DNA from: Octopus sinensis
Lineage: Eukaryota
Direction: 5' to 3'
Assembly: GCF_006345805.1 (NCBI RefSeq)
Contig: NC_043015.1
Coordinates: 41,168,001-41,232,000, forward strand
Length of the DNA stretch: 64,000 nt
Made by a program: the position numbers and the translations under genes. Of this stretch, positions 25,491-39,392 are shown piece by piece (the first letter of the stretch is position 1; every line of letters starts with the position of its first letter). The notes under the pieces are model-generated. The model was not told the DNA's origin. It saw nothing but the letters and a program-made list of their open reading frames with translations, and did no database searches.

Positions 25491-26366
25491 AATAATAATA
25501 ATAATAATAATAATAACAACAATAATAATAATTGTTTCAAATTTTAGCAGCACAAGACTAGCAGTTTTGTGGGAGGGGATAAGTCGATTACATTGACCTC
25601 AGTGATCAAAAGAATGAGAACCAAATTTGACCTCGGTGAAATTTGAACCCAGAATGTAAAGATGGACAAAATATCACTAAGCATTTTTTCCTGCCAGCTA
25701 ATGGCAATAATAATGATTTCTACTCTAAGCACAAAGCCTTGAAAATTTTGTGGGTAAGGAGGCTAGTCGATTATATCAACCCCAGTGCATAACTGGTACT
25801 TATTTAATAGACCCCCAAAAGCATGAAAGGCAATGTCAGTCTCAGCAGAATTTGAACTCAGAAAATAGCAGCAGAGAAAATGACGTTAAGTATTTTGCCT
25901 TGCATGCTAAAGATTCTATCAGCTTACCATAATGGTAATAATGTTTTGAAAATAACTTTGAAAAATTCAAAACAATAACTGGACATGAACTGACATTAAA
26001 TGATGATGATGATGATATGAATTATAAAATTGAAGCAGTTAGTCATTTTTCTATTTGGTTTTAATAAAGTTACTCTGGAAAATGGGGGAGGGGCAAAGAT
26101 TGGTGTCACTATTGGTTAATCTCAAGTAAATTATAGGCACATGTTCTAATTAATTTATGTCAACAAATGCCTTCTAGTCCTACATGTCTCTCTCTCTCTC
26201 CTCCCCCTCTCTCTCACACACACTCTCTTTCTCTCTCTCTCTCTCTCTTTCTTTCCACCTCTCTCAGATCAAGACTTCAAAATCATAACTGTAACATGTC
26301 ATTAACACCATTCTTCCGAACACTTACACACACACACGCCTCTCTGTGTGTACGAATAATTATATA

Positions 26367-26418
<52 letters not shown>

Positions 26419-26782
26419 GTATTAATAATATGAATAATTGTGGTTTAATAGCCGAGATATTTTGTGAAGATAGACATTTGTAAGAACACTTTGAGAACAA
26501 ACTAAACAATGGACCCACTGATGGGAATTGAACCATGTACTGTTTGTTTACTGGGTGAATCTTTGAAATTGTTGTTTACCATTTAACATATACATACTTT
26601 AGGAGTTGTTGTTTAGCCCTGGGTCAGACCTGTGATAGCAAACTTTTGATCAAGTGTTCCAGCTATGATCTTCTTCGTTTTTCTTTCCTGTATTTTAGGG
26701 AGTCCTTTGTCTTGTCTACCCTTATTTCTTTAACCCTTTGGCATTCAGGTTATTCTGCCAAAAGTAATTCTGTTTACTCTCT

Positions 26783-27058
26783 CTTTACCCTTTTACTTGT
26801 TTCAGTCATTTGACTGCGGCCATGCTGGAGCACTGCCTTTAGTTGAGCAATTCGACCCCGGGACTTCTTCTTTGTAAGCCCAGTACTTATTCTATCGGTC
26901 TCTTTTGCCGAACCGCTAAGTGACGGGGACGTAAACACACCAGCATCGGTTGTCAAGCAATGCTAGGGGGACAAACACAGACACACAAACACATACACGC
27001 ACACACACACACATATATATATATACATATATATACGATAGGCTTCTTTCAGTTTCCG
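26783..27058 (-). mobile_element. SINE A, 5'-truncated
   Basis: Tail to GGAAACTGAAAGAAG only. Confidence 0.85.
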
Positions 27059-27389
27059 TTTATTCATGTTGTTTTAAATTAATCATGCACCATCTTGTAG
27101 CTTTCAGATTTTGATGAGGTAACTGTTCGTTTTTGGAGTGATATTGTAGGGTTGGTTTGAGCGGCCAGATATGACTAGTTTGAGCATAAAACAGGTACCC
27201 TTTTACCCTTTTACTTGTTTCAGTCATTTGACTGTGGCCATGCTCAAACTAGTCAGATTTGGCCTCTCACACCAACCCTACAATATCATTCCAAAAACGA
27301 ACAGTTATCTTCTCAAAATCTGAAAGCTACAAGATGGTGAATAATTAATTTAAAACAACGTGAATAAATTTTTTATTCTAAATAATAAT

Positions 27390-27686
27390 AATCACGTGAT
27401 CACGTGACCGACCAGACCATCAGATGTTCTTACACATCGCTGGTCACAATGCGTTCGCATTGTTTTAGCCTTTGAATGACACCACCCGGCTGGCTAAGCG
27501 AGCAGGCCAACGGAAGAAAGAGTAGTGAAAGAGTACAGCAGGGATCACCACCCCCTGCTGGAGCCTTGTGGAGATTTTAGGTGTTTTCGCTCAATAAACA
27601 CTCACAACGCCTGGTCTGGGAATCGAAACTGCGATCCTACGACTGCGAGTCCACTGCCCTAACCACTGGGCCATTGCGCCTCCACT
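27390..27686 (-). mobile_element. SINE C, tail type 2
   Basis: Same head, different 3' module; flanked by CTAAA(A)TAATAATAAT. Confidence 0.85.
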
Positions 27687-27687
27687 A

Positions 27688-27720
<33 letters not shown>

Positions 27721-27739
27721 TGTTTCAAATTTTAGCAGC

Positions 27740-27937
27740 TGGCACAAGTGTGTCGCCTTACTGGCACTTGTGCCGGTGGCACGTGTAAAAACATTCGAGC
27801 GAGGTCATTGCCAGTACCGCCTGACTGGCCCTCATGCTGGTAGCATGTAAAAGCACCCACTACACTCTCGGAGTGGTTGGCATTAGGAAGGGCATCCAGC
27901 TGTAGAAACTCTGCCAGATCAAGATTGGATCCTGGTG
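27740..27937 (+). mobile_element. RTE 3'UTR-derived repeat
   Basis: Same core motif. Confidence 0.75.
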
Positions 27938-28317
27938 TTCAATGAAAAGTCCGTGGAGTATGTGTGTACGACAGTTGTAAATGAGTGCCACTGTCATACA
28001 GGTGGTGTAGTTCCTTTCCTGTTTTCCATGAAAGCATGTCTGGGCAAGAAGAAAAATTACTTTACTTTGGAAACCGGTAAAGCTGATGACAGGAAGGGCA
28101 TCTTATTTCCTTAGTGCCCACAAGGGGCTGAATATTGAAGGGAACAAACATGACAGGGAGGGTATCTGTCTATAGAAAACCAGCCTCAATGAATTCTACG
28201 CAACCTACGCAAGCATAGAAAAGTGGATGTTAAATAATGATGATGATGATGATGGAGGGTGTGGAAAATCATAAAGCCCCCCTCTGTGGACTAACTATAT
28301 TGAAATACTTACTCTCC

Positions 28318-28723
28318 CTTTTACTCTTTTACTTGTTTCAGTCATTTGACTGCGGCCATGCTGGAGCACCGCCTTTATTCGAGCAACTTGACCCCAGGAC
28401 TTATTCTTTGTAAGCCCAGTACTTATTCTATCGGTCTCTTTTGCTGAACTGCTAAGTGATGGGGACATAAACACACCAGCATCGGTTGTCAAGCAATGCT
28501 AGGGGGACAAACACATACACACACACACACACATATATATAATATATATACACATATATACGACAGGCTTCTTTCAGTTTCCGTCTACCAAATCCACTCA
28601 CAAGGCATTGGTTGGCCCGGGGCTATAGCAGAAGACACTTGCTCATGATGCCACGAACTGGGACTGAACCCGGAACCATGTGGTTAGTTAGCAAGCTACT
28701 TACCACACAGCCACTCCTGCGCC
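28318..28723 (-). mobile_element. SINE A
   Basis: Full-length reverse copy. Confidence 0.9.
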
Positions 28724-29489
28724 TATGGTTATGTCCCTTGAATTCCTTACGAAATCAAATCCTGCTGAAGTCGACTTTTCTTTCATTTCATTTCTCAGGG
28801 GTGAGGGTCGGATGTGGAGGTGGGTGTGATAAAATAAATTAACATAAAGTGTCTAGATTTGACTAACTTACATGCTTCCACCTTCATTTGAGGCTATATG
28901 CTCCTTGTTTTAGAAATCATCATCATCACCACCAATGGTAATAATAATAATAATAATAATTTGTTGGTTTAATTCAAAATTTCTCTTCTAAAGTGTTTCT
29001 TGAAAACTGTAAGAAAACAAAAACAAAAAAAAACCAAAGAATACAGCTGTTAATGGTGCCATACCTTTTGCCTGCCATTTTTGGAGTTGCTCTATTTCGA
29101 AACTCTTGGCATATTTATAGTGTTCTTCAATATCTAGAGCAGAGAGAGAGACAGAGAGAGAGAGTGTGTGTGTGCAGTTGGGTGGTTGGTTGGTTGGGTG
29201 GGTGGGTGGTGAGGGGTGCACACCGAAGCAGAAGGCAGCGTGTGGGGGAGGGGGTGGAGGGTAGTTGTGCAATAAGAGAGAGATATACGGGGAGTGTTTT
29301 TGAGAAAGCGTGTGTACATACGATAACGATGCACACACACACACACACACACTACCCTATCTATTACGACGATGATCATATAGCGTGTGTGTGTGTGTAT
29401 GTATGTATATATGTGTGTGTGTGGTGTGTGTGTGTGTATATATTATATTTATATATATACACACACACACACGATTTGATCAATAGACA

Positions 29490-30178
29490 GGAAAGTGTGT
29501 ATCTATAATGTTGTATGTATGTATATATATATATGTATATATGTATGTATATGTATGTATATATATATATATGTATATATGTATGTATATGTATGTATAT
29601 ATATATATGTATATATGTATGTATATGTATGTATATATATATATATGTATATATGTATGTATATGTATGTATATATGTATATATGTATGTATATGTATGT
29701 ATATATATATATGTATATATGTATGTATATGTATGTATATATATATATGTATATATGTATGTATATGTATGTATATATATATATATATGATATATGTATG
29801 TATATGTATGTATATATATATATATATGTATATTGTATGTATATGTATGTATAATATGTATGTATATGTATGTATATATATATATATGTATGTATATATA
29901 TATATATATATTGTATGTATATGTATATATATGTATGTATATGTATATATATGTATGTATGTATATGTATATATATGTATGTATGTAATATATGTATGTG
30001 TATATATATATATAGATGTATGTATAATGTGTATATATTGTATGTATGTATATATGTATGTATGTATATGTATATATATGTATGTATATGTATATATATG
30101 TATATATATATGTGTTAATATAGTATATATTGTATGTATATATATATATATATGTATGTATATGTATATATGTATATG

Positions 30179-30211
<33 letters not shown>

Positions 30212-30253
30212 TATATGTATGTATATATTATAGTATGTATATATATATGTATG

Positions 30254-30288
<35 letters not shown>

Positions 30289-30290
30289 AT
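29490..30290. repeat. Long compound (TA)/(TATG) microsatellite
   Basis: About 800 bp almost without C. Confidence 0.95.
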
Positions 30291-30734
30291 AATGTTAACA
30301 TTTGTGTGTACATTTTACTGTCTTGCTCATTTACGGATTTCAGTCATTTGACTGCAGCCATGCTGGAGCACCGCCTTTAGTCGAACAAATCGACTGCAGG
30401 ACTTATTCTTGCCCTAACCACTGGGCCATTGCGCCTCCATATATATATATATATATATTAACAAAATCGAACACACACACACACACAGGGTGTGTATGTT
30501 GTTGTTTGTGGACCGGCTGTATTTTTTAGGCATTGGAGAATATCTTCACGAGGCACCTGATTTTAAAAACACCTGAATGTAAACCATAGACAAGCGAGAC
30601 AACTCCCACCAGGTACCATCTGGAGTGACAGACATGGTTGTGGCTTTTCAATGCCACATCCCAAACAAAGCCGGCTGCAAGATATATTGCTGAGTTGCTT
30701 CTAATTCATATTTGAAACCAAACGATTCTCAGAA

Positions 30735-30872
30735 TCCTGCTAACTAACCACATGGTTCCGGGTTCAGTCCCACTGCGTGGCATCTTGGGCAAGTGTCTTC
30801 TGCTATAGCCCCGGGCCGACCAATGCCTTGTGAGTGGATTTGGTAGACGGAAACTGAAAGAAGCCTGTTGTA

Positions 30873-30916
<44 letters not shown>

Positions 30917-31117
30917 ATGTGTTTGTGTGTCTGTGTTTGTCCCCCTAGCATTGCTTGACAACCGATGCTGGTGTGTTTATGTCCCCGTTACTTAGCGGTT
31001 CGGCAAAAGTGACCAATAGACTGGGCTTACAAAAGAATAAGTCCCGGGGTCGAGTTGCTCGATTAAAGACGGTGCTCCAGCATGGCCGCAGTCAAATGAC
31101 TGAAACAAGTAAAAGAG
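30735..31117 (+). mobile_element. SINE A
   Basis: Slightly 5'-truncated. Confidence 0.9.
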
Positions 31118-31306
31118 TATATGTATATATATTTATACATACATATACACACATCTATGTGTACACACATGCACTGTGATGTATACGTACATATATAAAT
31201 ACACATATATACACGCATTACACCTCTATATATAGCTTACATTGTGTACATAACGTTTGTATTAGCTTTCATTGTATTTGTCCTTGTGTTATTGTGAGTG
31301 GGTGTG

Positions 31307-31341
<35 letters not shown>

Positions 31342-31810
31342 ATATGTGTAGTTTCTGTTACTCCTGTCTACATACATGTACGTTGTCACGTTTTTTCATT
31401 AGCTTCCAGTTACTTCAGACCCTTTGATTATGGGTGTAACCGAGAGGTTTAGAAAGCTGTTTTGTCAGCATGGCACCTTGGCCATTGTTCCTTCACCATA
31501 GCATGAGGTCAACCCAGGACTTGTTGAGTGCAGTTGGTTAGACAAAAGCTGTGCGAGGGGCCAGCCTTGTTCTTATGCACTGTTATGCAAATTTTGCCTG
31601 AAGATTACATTAAGGCTGCAGCTCTGTGGTATACTCAGCCGCATGTGCATTGACAGACGGGAATTGGTTTACTTTGCGTACGGAGGTATGTGCTTATTAT
31701 ACCTCTTGGTGATGAGGGACGGGGAGGCTGCACCCGTCTGTGGCATGTGTGTGTGTAAATACCTGTGCATAGTAGCTATTGTCTGTGTCTGGTGAACAAA
31801 TGTATGTATA

Positions 31811-31858
<48 letters not shown>

Positions 31859-31903
31859 CACACACACGCACACACACGCACACACACGCACACACACACA
31901 CAT

Positions 31904-31944
<41 letters not shown>

Positions 31945-32059
31945 TTCTGTTGTGTTTGTCTGTGTCGTGTTTTATATAGCTTATGTTGCACTTACCTGTG
32001 CCACGTGTGTTTTGCATATAAATGTGTGTGTGTATACACAGACATATATATATATATAT

Positions 32060-32091
<32 letters not shown>

Positions 32092-32823
32092 TATTCAAAG
32101 GAATTCCAACTCTGTCTGTTTTTGATGTATTATTTATATTCTTTATAATATTTATGTAGAATATAGAATATATAGTATAAATAATATATATATAGTAAAA
32201 TGAAATGAAGTATTGATTGTCTTATTGAATAGATGAAATATTGAATATCAAATATTAAGGGACTAGTATACTTTCTAGCATTTAAGCGGTCTTCAAGGTC
32301 CCAGGTTGTGACAGGAATATAGGCACACATACACACACACACACACTCAGATAAAATAGCAAATATGAGTAAATTTCTATGAGCTGAGAGAGTGGCATTA
32401 CAGAGTTTCAGGGATTTGTTTGTACATAGAGAACAAAAAATATATAAGTGCTCATACACACACAGACACACGCGTGTGAGAAGTGTGTGTTAGGCTATTA
32501 TTGTGAACGAAGTTTAAGAAAAACAAAGTATTTACTAATGAGGTAGCATTATATTAAAAGTGGTGTCGTATTTAAGCAGTGCCTTACTTGAAAAACAGGA
32601 AGGACATGGTGCTGTAAAATAATACCTCAGTCTATTCATTTAACACATGCATGGAAAAAGACAAAGAAAACAAATGAATATGTATATATGTATATGATAT
32701 ATATATATATATATATTCATTCATTCATGTGTATGTGTGTGGGTGTGCATAGGCATATGGGAGGGGGCGGAGGCTGAAAAGTCCCTGGCTTTGGGTAAAA
32801 GAAAATACAAGAGAATGAGTTAA

Positions 32824-33199
32824 TCTCTCTATATATAAATGGTAAAATGTCTGTCTGTGTGTGTGTGTGTATGTCCTTTATACAAATCCACAATTTTTCA
32901 GTTAGAGGGCTTGCACTTTCTATGGTCATTCAAAACTGTCCAAGGGTGGTCGTGCACATCTTTATATTTCCCCAGTCATCCTGCAAAGCCATTAAAAAAT
33001 CAATAGAAGTGACTTTTTTCTGAATTTTCTATCCAAAACCCAATCAAAATGCCTGGAACTTGATATATCAATTGAATGCCAGCTAGCTGTATGTGCTTGG
33101 TCAGAGATTTGGATAGTACTCGCGTGTATGTGCGCATGCACGCAGCTGTATATATATGCACTAGCACTATGACCTGGCAACGCCGGGTCTTAGTGCTAG
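32824..33199 (+). mobile_element. Non-autonomous Helitron, second subfamily
   Basis: 5' A|TCTCTCTATATATAAA; 3' GACCTGGCAACGCCGGGTC hairpin and CTAG|T. Confidence 0.75.
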
Positions 33200-33354
33200 T
33201 TATGAATTTCTTCAACATATTCTCTTCTCTGATTCGCACACTTATTGCAGCGATTCTTCAGTTTTTCTAAGCCCTGTGAAAGAACTTGGAAGGTTGAGCC
33301 TCCAACCAGGCCTTTTGTGATACCCTTGAAGCCAGGAATTTTTCAGCACATTCT

Positions 33355-33385
<31 letters not shown>

Positions 33386-34093
33386 AACTCTTGGATGAAC
33401 TGAACAACAGAAGGTTTCAGAGAAGAAAACATCCTTGAACAAGTGTTTCGGCCCTTAACTTCTTAAACTCCAAGGAGGTTGGACAGCATCCGAGTTATGA
33501 CTTCTGGGAGCACTTCTGTTGACACTTTTCAGCCAGTTGGACATCGGAGATTTGTGGTGCATTTAAACATAATGGAGGCTTGATGTAGACATACCATCAT
33601 TTTCACCGTTTTTCCATGCTTGCATGGGTCAGATGGAATTCATTGAGGCTGATTGTCTTTGTTCAGGATGTTCTTCATGTTGCCAAACCCTCCCTTGTTC
33701 CCAAGTAAGGTAATATTTCCCCATGGCCAGACATGTTTTCATGGAAGATTGTAAATGGACACCACTTGTATAACAGTGATACTCATTTACAACGATCGCA
33801 TGATGTCCAGATAAGGAGACACCTCCACACACACACATACACACACACTTATAAGTGTGTATATACACATGCAGATATGTTCATATAATGGGCTTCTTTC
33901 AGTTTTCATCTTCCAGTTCTACTCAGTGACCTAAGACTTTAGTGGAAGACCCTTGCCCAAAGTGGGGCAGAACCTGGGTGCTGTCCCACTGCATGCCACT
34001 TTCGGCAAGTGTCTTCTACTGTAACCACGGGCCAACCAAACCCTGGTGAGTGGATCTGGTAGTCGGAAACTGAAAGAAGCACTTCGTGTATAT

Positions 34094-34136
<43 letters not shown>

Positions 34137-34299
34137 GTGTGTGTCTTTGTATCTGTGATTGTCTCCCCCCCCCCCCAGCATCGCTTGACAACCGCTGTTG
34201 GTGTGTTTATGTTCCCGAAACTTAGCGATTCTGCCAAAGAGACTAAGCCATCATCCATCTTCATGTCCATACCAAAGGATGCTTTCACCCTTACACATC

Positions 34300-34550
34300 A
34301 CAGCGTATTCCTTGCACACTCAGTTTTTTGCTCCATTCAACTGTATCTAAAAAGGACAGCAACTGTCTGAAGATGTTCTGCATGCTCAAAGTGAATGGAA
34401 CTTGTAGAAGCAAACCAAGAAAGACTTTGGACAAAATGGTGAAGATTGTCATCTCTTTGACAAGATGTAGCATCTTAAGATCAAAGGACTATGATAATTA
34501 GCGACCCACATTGAAAACCTGTGCCTCTTGCATAAACATGGTAAAATGTA
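34300..34550 (+). mobile_element. Decayed RTE 3' fragment
   Basis: MLKVNGTCRSKPRKTLDKMVK resembles VEGTCGRGRPTKTWDEV of the 60.5-61.8 kb element. Confidence 0.5.
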
Positions 34551-34596
34551 ATGAGAGAAATGGGGAAGAGAAAGAAGCCAAAATATACTCTTACTC

Positions 34597-34809
34597 TTTT
34601 TACTCTTTTACTTGTTTCAGTCATTTGACTGTGGCTATGCTGGAGCACTGCCTTTACTTGAGCAAATTGACCCCAGGACTTATTCTTTGTAAGCCTAGTA
34701 CCTATTCTATTGGTCTCTTTTACCGAACCGCTAAGTTACAGGGACGTAAACACACCAGCATCGGTTGTCGAGCGATGTTGGGGGGACAAACACAGACACA
34801 GAAACATAT

Positions 34810-34876
<67 letters not shown>

Positions 34877-35051
34877 TACACATATATACACGACGGCTTC
34901 TTTCAGTTTCTGTCTACCAAATGTACTCACAAAGCTTTGGTCGGCCGGGGCTATAGTAGAAGACACTTGCCCAAGGTTCCACGTAGTGGGACTGAACCCG
35001 GAATCATGTGGTTCATAAGCAAGCTACTTACCACACAGCCACTCCTATGCC
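34597..35051 (-). mobile_element. SINE A
   Basis: Full-length reverse copy. Confidence 0.9.
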
Positions 35052-35233
35052 TATATGTATCTACATCTGGGCTTTTTACCTATTTATCTTTTAATAAATA
35101 CCCATCAAGTTTCCCATCTAACTGAGTCTGTAACTCTTTAATGAGGACTTGATCATTTATACAGTTATTTCTGCTGCACCATTAAATTTTGAAATGTAGA
35201 CAGGACTTTCAGTTTTCTTGCAACCAACTCTGT

Positions 35234-35785
35234 TTAATCCTTTTGTTACTGTATATATTGAGATGCTCCCTGTTTCTTTTGAAATTGTAGTTGTGATACC
35301 CATGACAGTGGCACGTAAAAAGCACCATCTGAACGTGGACGATGCCAGTGCCGCCTTGACTGGCTTCCATGCCAGTGGCTTGTAAAAAGCACCAACTGAT
35401 TGTGGTTGTTGCCAGCCTCCCCTGGCACCTGTGCTGGTGGCACGTAAAAAGAACCCACTACACTCATGGAGTGGTTGGCATTAGGAAGGGCATCCAGCTG
35501 TAGAAACGATGCCAAATCAGTGAGGAGCCTGGTACAGCCTCTGGGCTTCCCAGATCCCAGTCGAACCGTCCAACCCATGCTAGCATGGAAAATGGACTTT
35601 AAACGATGATGATGATGATGATAACAAAGAATTTAGTAAAATAACTTAGTTATCATTAAGCTATTGTTAGGAACGTAAATTGCGACAAAGGTTTGGGGAA
35701 GATTTTCATTGAAAACTTAAGAAAACAAGACATTTGTACTCAGAACCAGAGCCAGTTTCAGCCAGGTTGGTAACAAAAGGGTTAA
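35234..35785. mobile_element. TTAA-flanked MITE interrupted by an RTE 3' end
   Basis: Both TTAA/TIR ends present. Confidence 0.75.
35275..35622 (+). mobile_element. RTE 3'UTR-derived repeat nested in a TTAA MITE
   Basis: Core plus (GAT)n tail, interrupting 35234-35785. Confidence 0.8.
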
Positions 35786-35789
35786 CAAG

Positions 35790-36250
35790 CTTTTTAAATG
35801 AACAAATTCTGGACCGTTGTTTGGTGCAATTACTTTTGAAATACCAAATCTAGGAAAAATAAGACATTCCCTCATATTTCTTGAGGCAACTATGTTCAAC
35901 ATATTCCCAGTCTATATGTAATCTTTCCCAAGGCTGTGGTTTGAACCACTTATCAGTACAAAGGGTGCCTTTTAAAACCGATTTTAGCATGTCACAAGAT
36001 CTAGCAAATTCTTCAGTATCTCTAGCAAGATTACACTGCCAAACACACACCATTCCATTCTTCTGTTTCTTACATATCCATGTGTATGTCATGAATTATA
36101 CAAAGAACTTTTGCATGATAAGATTCAGGAATAAATAGACTATTTTATTAAAGATAGCGTTATTCTGTACAGCCATTTCAGCTGACAAATTGTTATTCTA
36201 AAAGACTTGGTTTCGGCCAATCTTTTTGCAGTTATGTAATTCTTTAAGTG
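35790..36250 (-). mobile_element. Gypsy/Ty3 LTR retrotransposon integrase fossil
   Basis: FARSCDM..KPQPWERLHIDW and RFGISKVIAPNNGPEF (cf. PWERLHIDF, RFG.P..IVSDNGPQF). Confidence 0.75.
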
Positions 36251-36475
36251 AACATAGGGTTCATGTGTTATAAAAAGACATTTAAAATCTAAAATACTCT
36301 GAACATCAACAAAAATTAAATTATCATTTTACACATGCATTGCATTCTGAGATAGGTAAGCTTGGCTGTATGGTTAAGAAGTTGGCTTCGTAACCACATG
36401 GTTAGAGGTTCAATCCCATTGTGTGACCACTGTTGATCACATTTTATATTATAGCTGCAGTATTTAGTTTGTATA

Positions 36476-36860
36476 TCATCATCATCATCATCGTTTAACG
36501 TTTGTTCTCCATGGGTTGGATGGTTCACCGGGGTCTGGGAAGCCAGGAGGCTGCACCAGGCTCCAATCTGATCTGGCAGAGTTTCTACAGCTGGATGCCC
36601 TTCTTAATGCCAACCACTCCGAGAATATAGTGCGTGGTTTTACATGCCACCGGCGGCTGGCAGCGGACATGATCGGTTGGTGCTTTTTATGTGCCACTGG
36701 TACAGAAGCCAGTCAAGGCAGTGCTGGCATCGGCCACGTTCGGATGGTGCTTTTTATGTGCCACCAGCACAGGTCTAACAACTACAATTTCCATTTGATT
36801 TTTATTTTGATGTTGATGTACTTGACTCAATAGGTCTCCTCATGCACAGCAGGTCACCCT
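36476..36860 (-). mobile_element. RTE 3'UTR-derived repeat
   Basis: Core, internal repeats and (CAT)n tail. Confidence 0.8.
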
Positions 36861-36963
36861 AAGCTCTGTATTATACTGTAGTATGGAACTAACATTTTGT
36901 AGTCTATCAATTTATCTCATGTACTGAGTGAAATTGATAGAATGCTGAAGAAACCACTCTCTC

Positions 36964-37003
<40 letters not shown>

Positions 37004-37498
37004 ATCAGAGTGTGTGTGTTTGAGAGAGTTTGTATTCCTCTTGTTTTTATGTGTTTGCTGATTGTAAACAAACAGCCTCACTATCAATACAGATGGGATT
37101 GTTCGTTTGCAGTCAACCGTGGAATCGTGTCTGGACTCCTTGACATATTTCAAGGAATTGCCAAGGCTTGTTCAAATGGTGTCATTCCTTTCCAATTCAC
37201 TGCACAGCCATTATCCAGGCTGTTCATTCATTGTTCAGTAGACCTGGAACTTGTTTATTTGCTTGGAAACAAGTGAGGATTGGTGATAGGAAAGGCATCC
37301 AGCCATAGAAAGTTTGCTTCTAGAAATTCTGCCAAACATTTTTACAACAGTGGTTCTCAGCTGGAGTCCATATGGCTCCTGAGGGTCCATATAAGATCTT
37401 TGGGGGTCCACATAGCAAAATAGTAAATTAGAGATCCACAGTAGAATTTGAAGGGCTCCTGAAAAAAATTTGCTTTGAATGTATATATTTGTATGTAT

Positions 37499-37745
37499 TG
37501 TGGAGGCCCAGTGGTTAGGGCAGCGGACTTGCTGTCGGAGGATCACGGTTTCAATTCCCAGACCGTGCATTGTGTGTGTTTATTGAGGGAAAACACTTAA
37601 TGCTCCACGAGGCTCTGGCAGGGGTGGGTGGGTGGGTGGTAACCCCTGTTGTACTCTTTCGCCCCGACTTTCTCTCACTCTTTTTTCCTGTTCCTTGTTT
37701 GTCCTCTCTGTGTTTAGCCCCTTGTGGGTAGTAAAGAAATGGGTA
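37499..37745 (+). mobile_element. SINE C head joined to SINE B tail
   Basis: C head to ~37692, then CCTTGTTTGTCCTCTCTGTGTTTAGCCCCTTGTGGGTAGTAAAGAAAT. Confidence 0.8.
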
Positions 37746-37904
37746 TTGATCTTGCTGTCTTGTGACTGAGATCACCTGGTAACTCAACCTTGTATTTGAG
37801 CACACACATACGCATATTCATAAAACTCCCCATATAAACACAGAACCCCTCTTTTTACACATTCGTACTCATACCCACCTATTTGTCTTCCAACACACAC
37901 ATAC

Positions 37905-38333
37905 AGGCGCAGGAGTGGCTGTGTGGTAAGTAGCTTGTTTACCAACCACATGGTTCCGGGTTCAGTCCCACTGCGTGGCACCTTGGGCAAGTGTCTTCTA
38001 CTATAGCCTCGGGCCGACCAAAGCCTTGTGAATGGATTTGGTAGACGGAAACTGAAAGAAGCCCGTTGTATATATGTATATATATATATAATATATATAT
38101 ATATGTATGTATGTGTGTGTGTGTTTGTGTGTCTGTGTTTGTCCCTCTAGCATTGCTTGACAACCGATGCTGGTGTGTTTGTGTCCCCGTTACTTAGCAG
38201 TTTGGCAAAAGAGACCGATAGAATAAGTACTGGGCTTCCAAAGAATAAGTCCCGGGGTCGAGTTGCTCGATTAAAGGCGGTGCTCCAGCATGGCCGCAGT
38301 CAAATGACTGAAACAAGTAAAGGAGTAAAAGAG
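37905..38333 (+). mobile_element. SINE A
   Basis: Full-length copy. Confidence 0.9.
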
Positions 38334-38757
38334 ATAGTATACATAAACAAACAACACTCATGCACCCTCCCTCTCTATACACCCCCACCGTTATTCATTC
38401 CCATGCACTCCTCCCGTCCCATCCACCCCCATATTACGCATAATGACATTCCCCTACATACACGGACACATACGTTCGTACGCACCCATGATTATGCATC
38501 CTTATCAGTGCTCGTCACAAGTGATATGCACACAAAAGTGTTCGATGCGACCACAAGCATTCGAAGACACCAGATCAAAGGTCTGCGGCAGATTTAGGGG
38601 GAGTGTGTGTGTGGACTTGTGTTCAAGTGCATAGCCTTATCTCTGTGTATGTGTTTGCTTATGTTTGATTTTATTGGTGTACGTCTGGCTGTATATTTGT
38701 TATTTGTCACAGAATATGTGACCTTGTGTATACATGCATAACTTGTATATGTAACGT

Positions 38758-38805
<48 letters not shown>

Positions 38806-38914
38806 CCACGCGCGTGTGTGTGAGACCTTGTCAATGTTCGCATTGTCTATGCATGTGTGTAAAATATTGTCCATGTGACCTTGTGAGCGACCTTGTTTGC
38901 ATATAAACACGGAT

Positions 38915-39392
38915 GTGACCTTGTCCATAAACACCAGCATGACCTTGTCTGCAAACATGTATGCGACCCCATCTGCAAACATTTAATAAGGTGACCTCGT
39001 CAACAAACATGTGGGCGACCTTGTCTGCAAACATGTGGGCGACATTGTCTGCAAACATGTGGGCGACCTTGTCTGCAAACATGTGGGTGGCTCTATCTGC
39101 AAACATGTGGGTGACATTGTCTGCAAACATGTATGCGACCCCATCTGCAAACATTTAATAAGGTGACCTCATCTGCAAACATGTGGGTGACCTTGTCTGC
39201 AAACATGTGGGCGACCTTGTCTGCAAACATGTGGGCGACCTTGTCTGCAAACATGTGGGCAACCTCATCTGCAAACATGTGGGCGACCTTGTCTGCAAGC
39301 ACGTGGGCGACCTTACCTGCACCCATGTGCGCCACGTCCGCCAACACATATGACCTTGTCCATCAACATGTGTGTGACCTTATCTGCATACA
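38915..39392. repeat. 24-bp minisatellite (GTGGGCGACCTTGTCTGCAAACAT) with higher-order duplication
   Basis: About 19 units; variant block ATGTATGCGACCCCATCTGCAAACATTTAATAAGG occurs at 38957 and 39129. Confidence 0.95.

Noticed and set aside
29495-30233. Long ORFs rich in Y/I/C/V/M or H/T (also 44216-45049, 59901-60633, 62190-62782)
   Set aside because: Stop-free translations of microsatellites.
30530-30612. AG...GT-bounded candidate exon
   Set aside because: Stops in all three frames; cannot be supported as a UTR exon without transcripts.
38915-39392. CRISPR-like or coding-repeat reading of the 24-bp array
   Set aside because: No unique spacers, eukaryotic context, frame broken by variant units, no splice sites identified.
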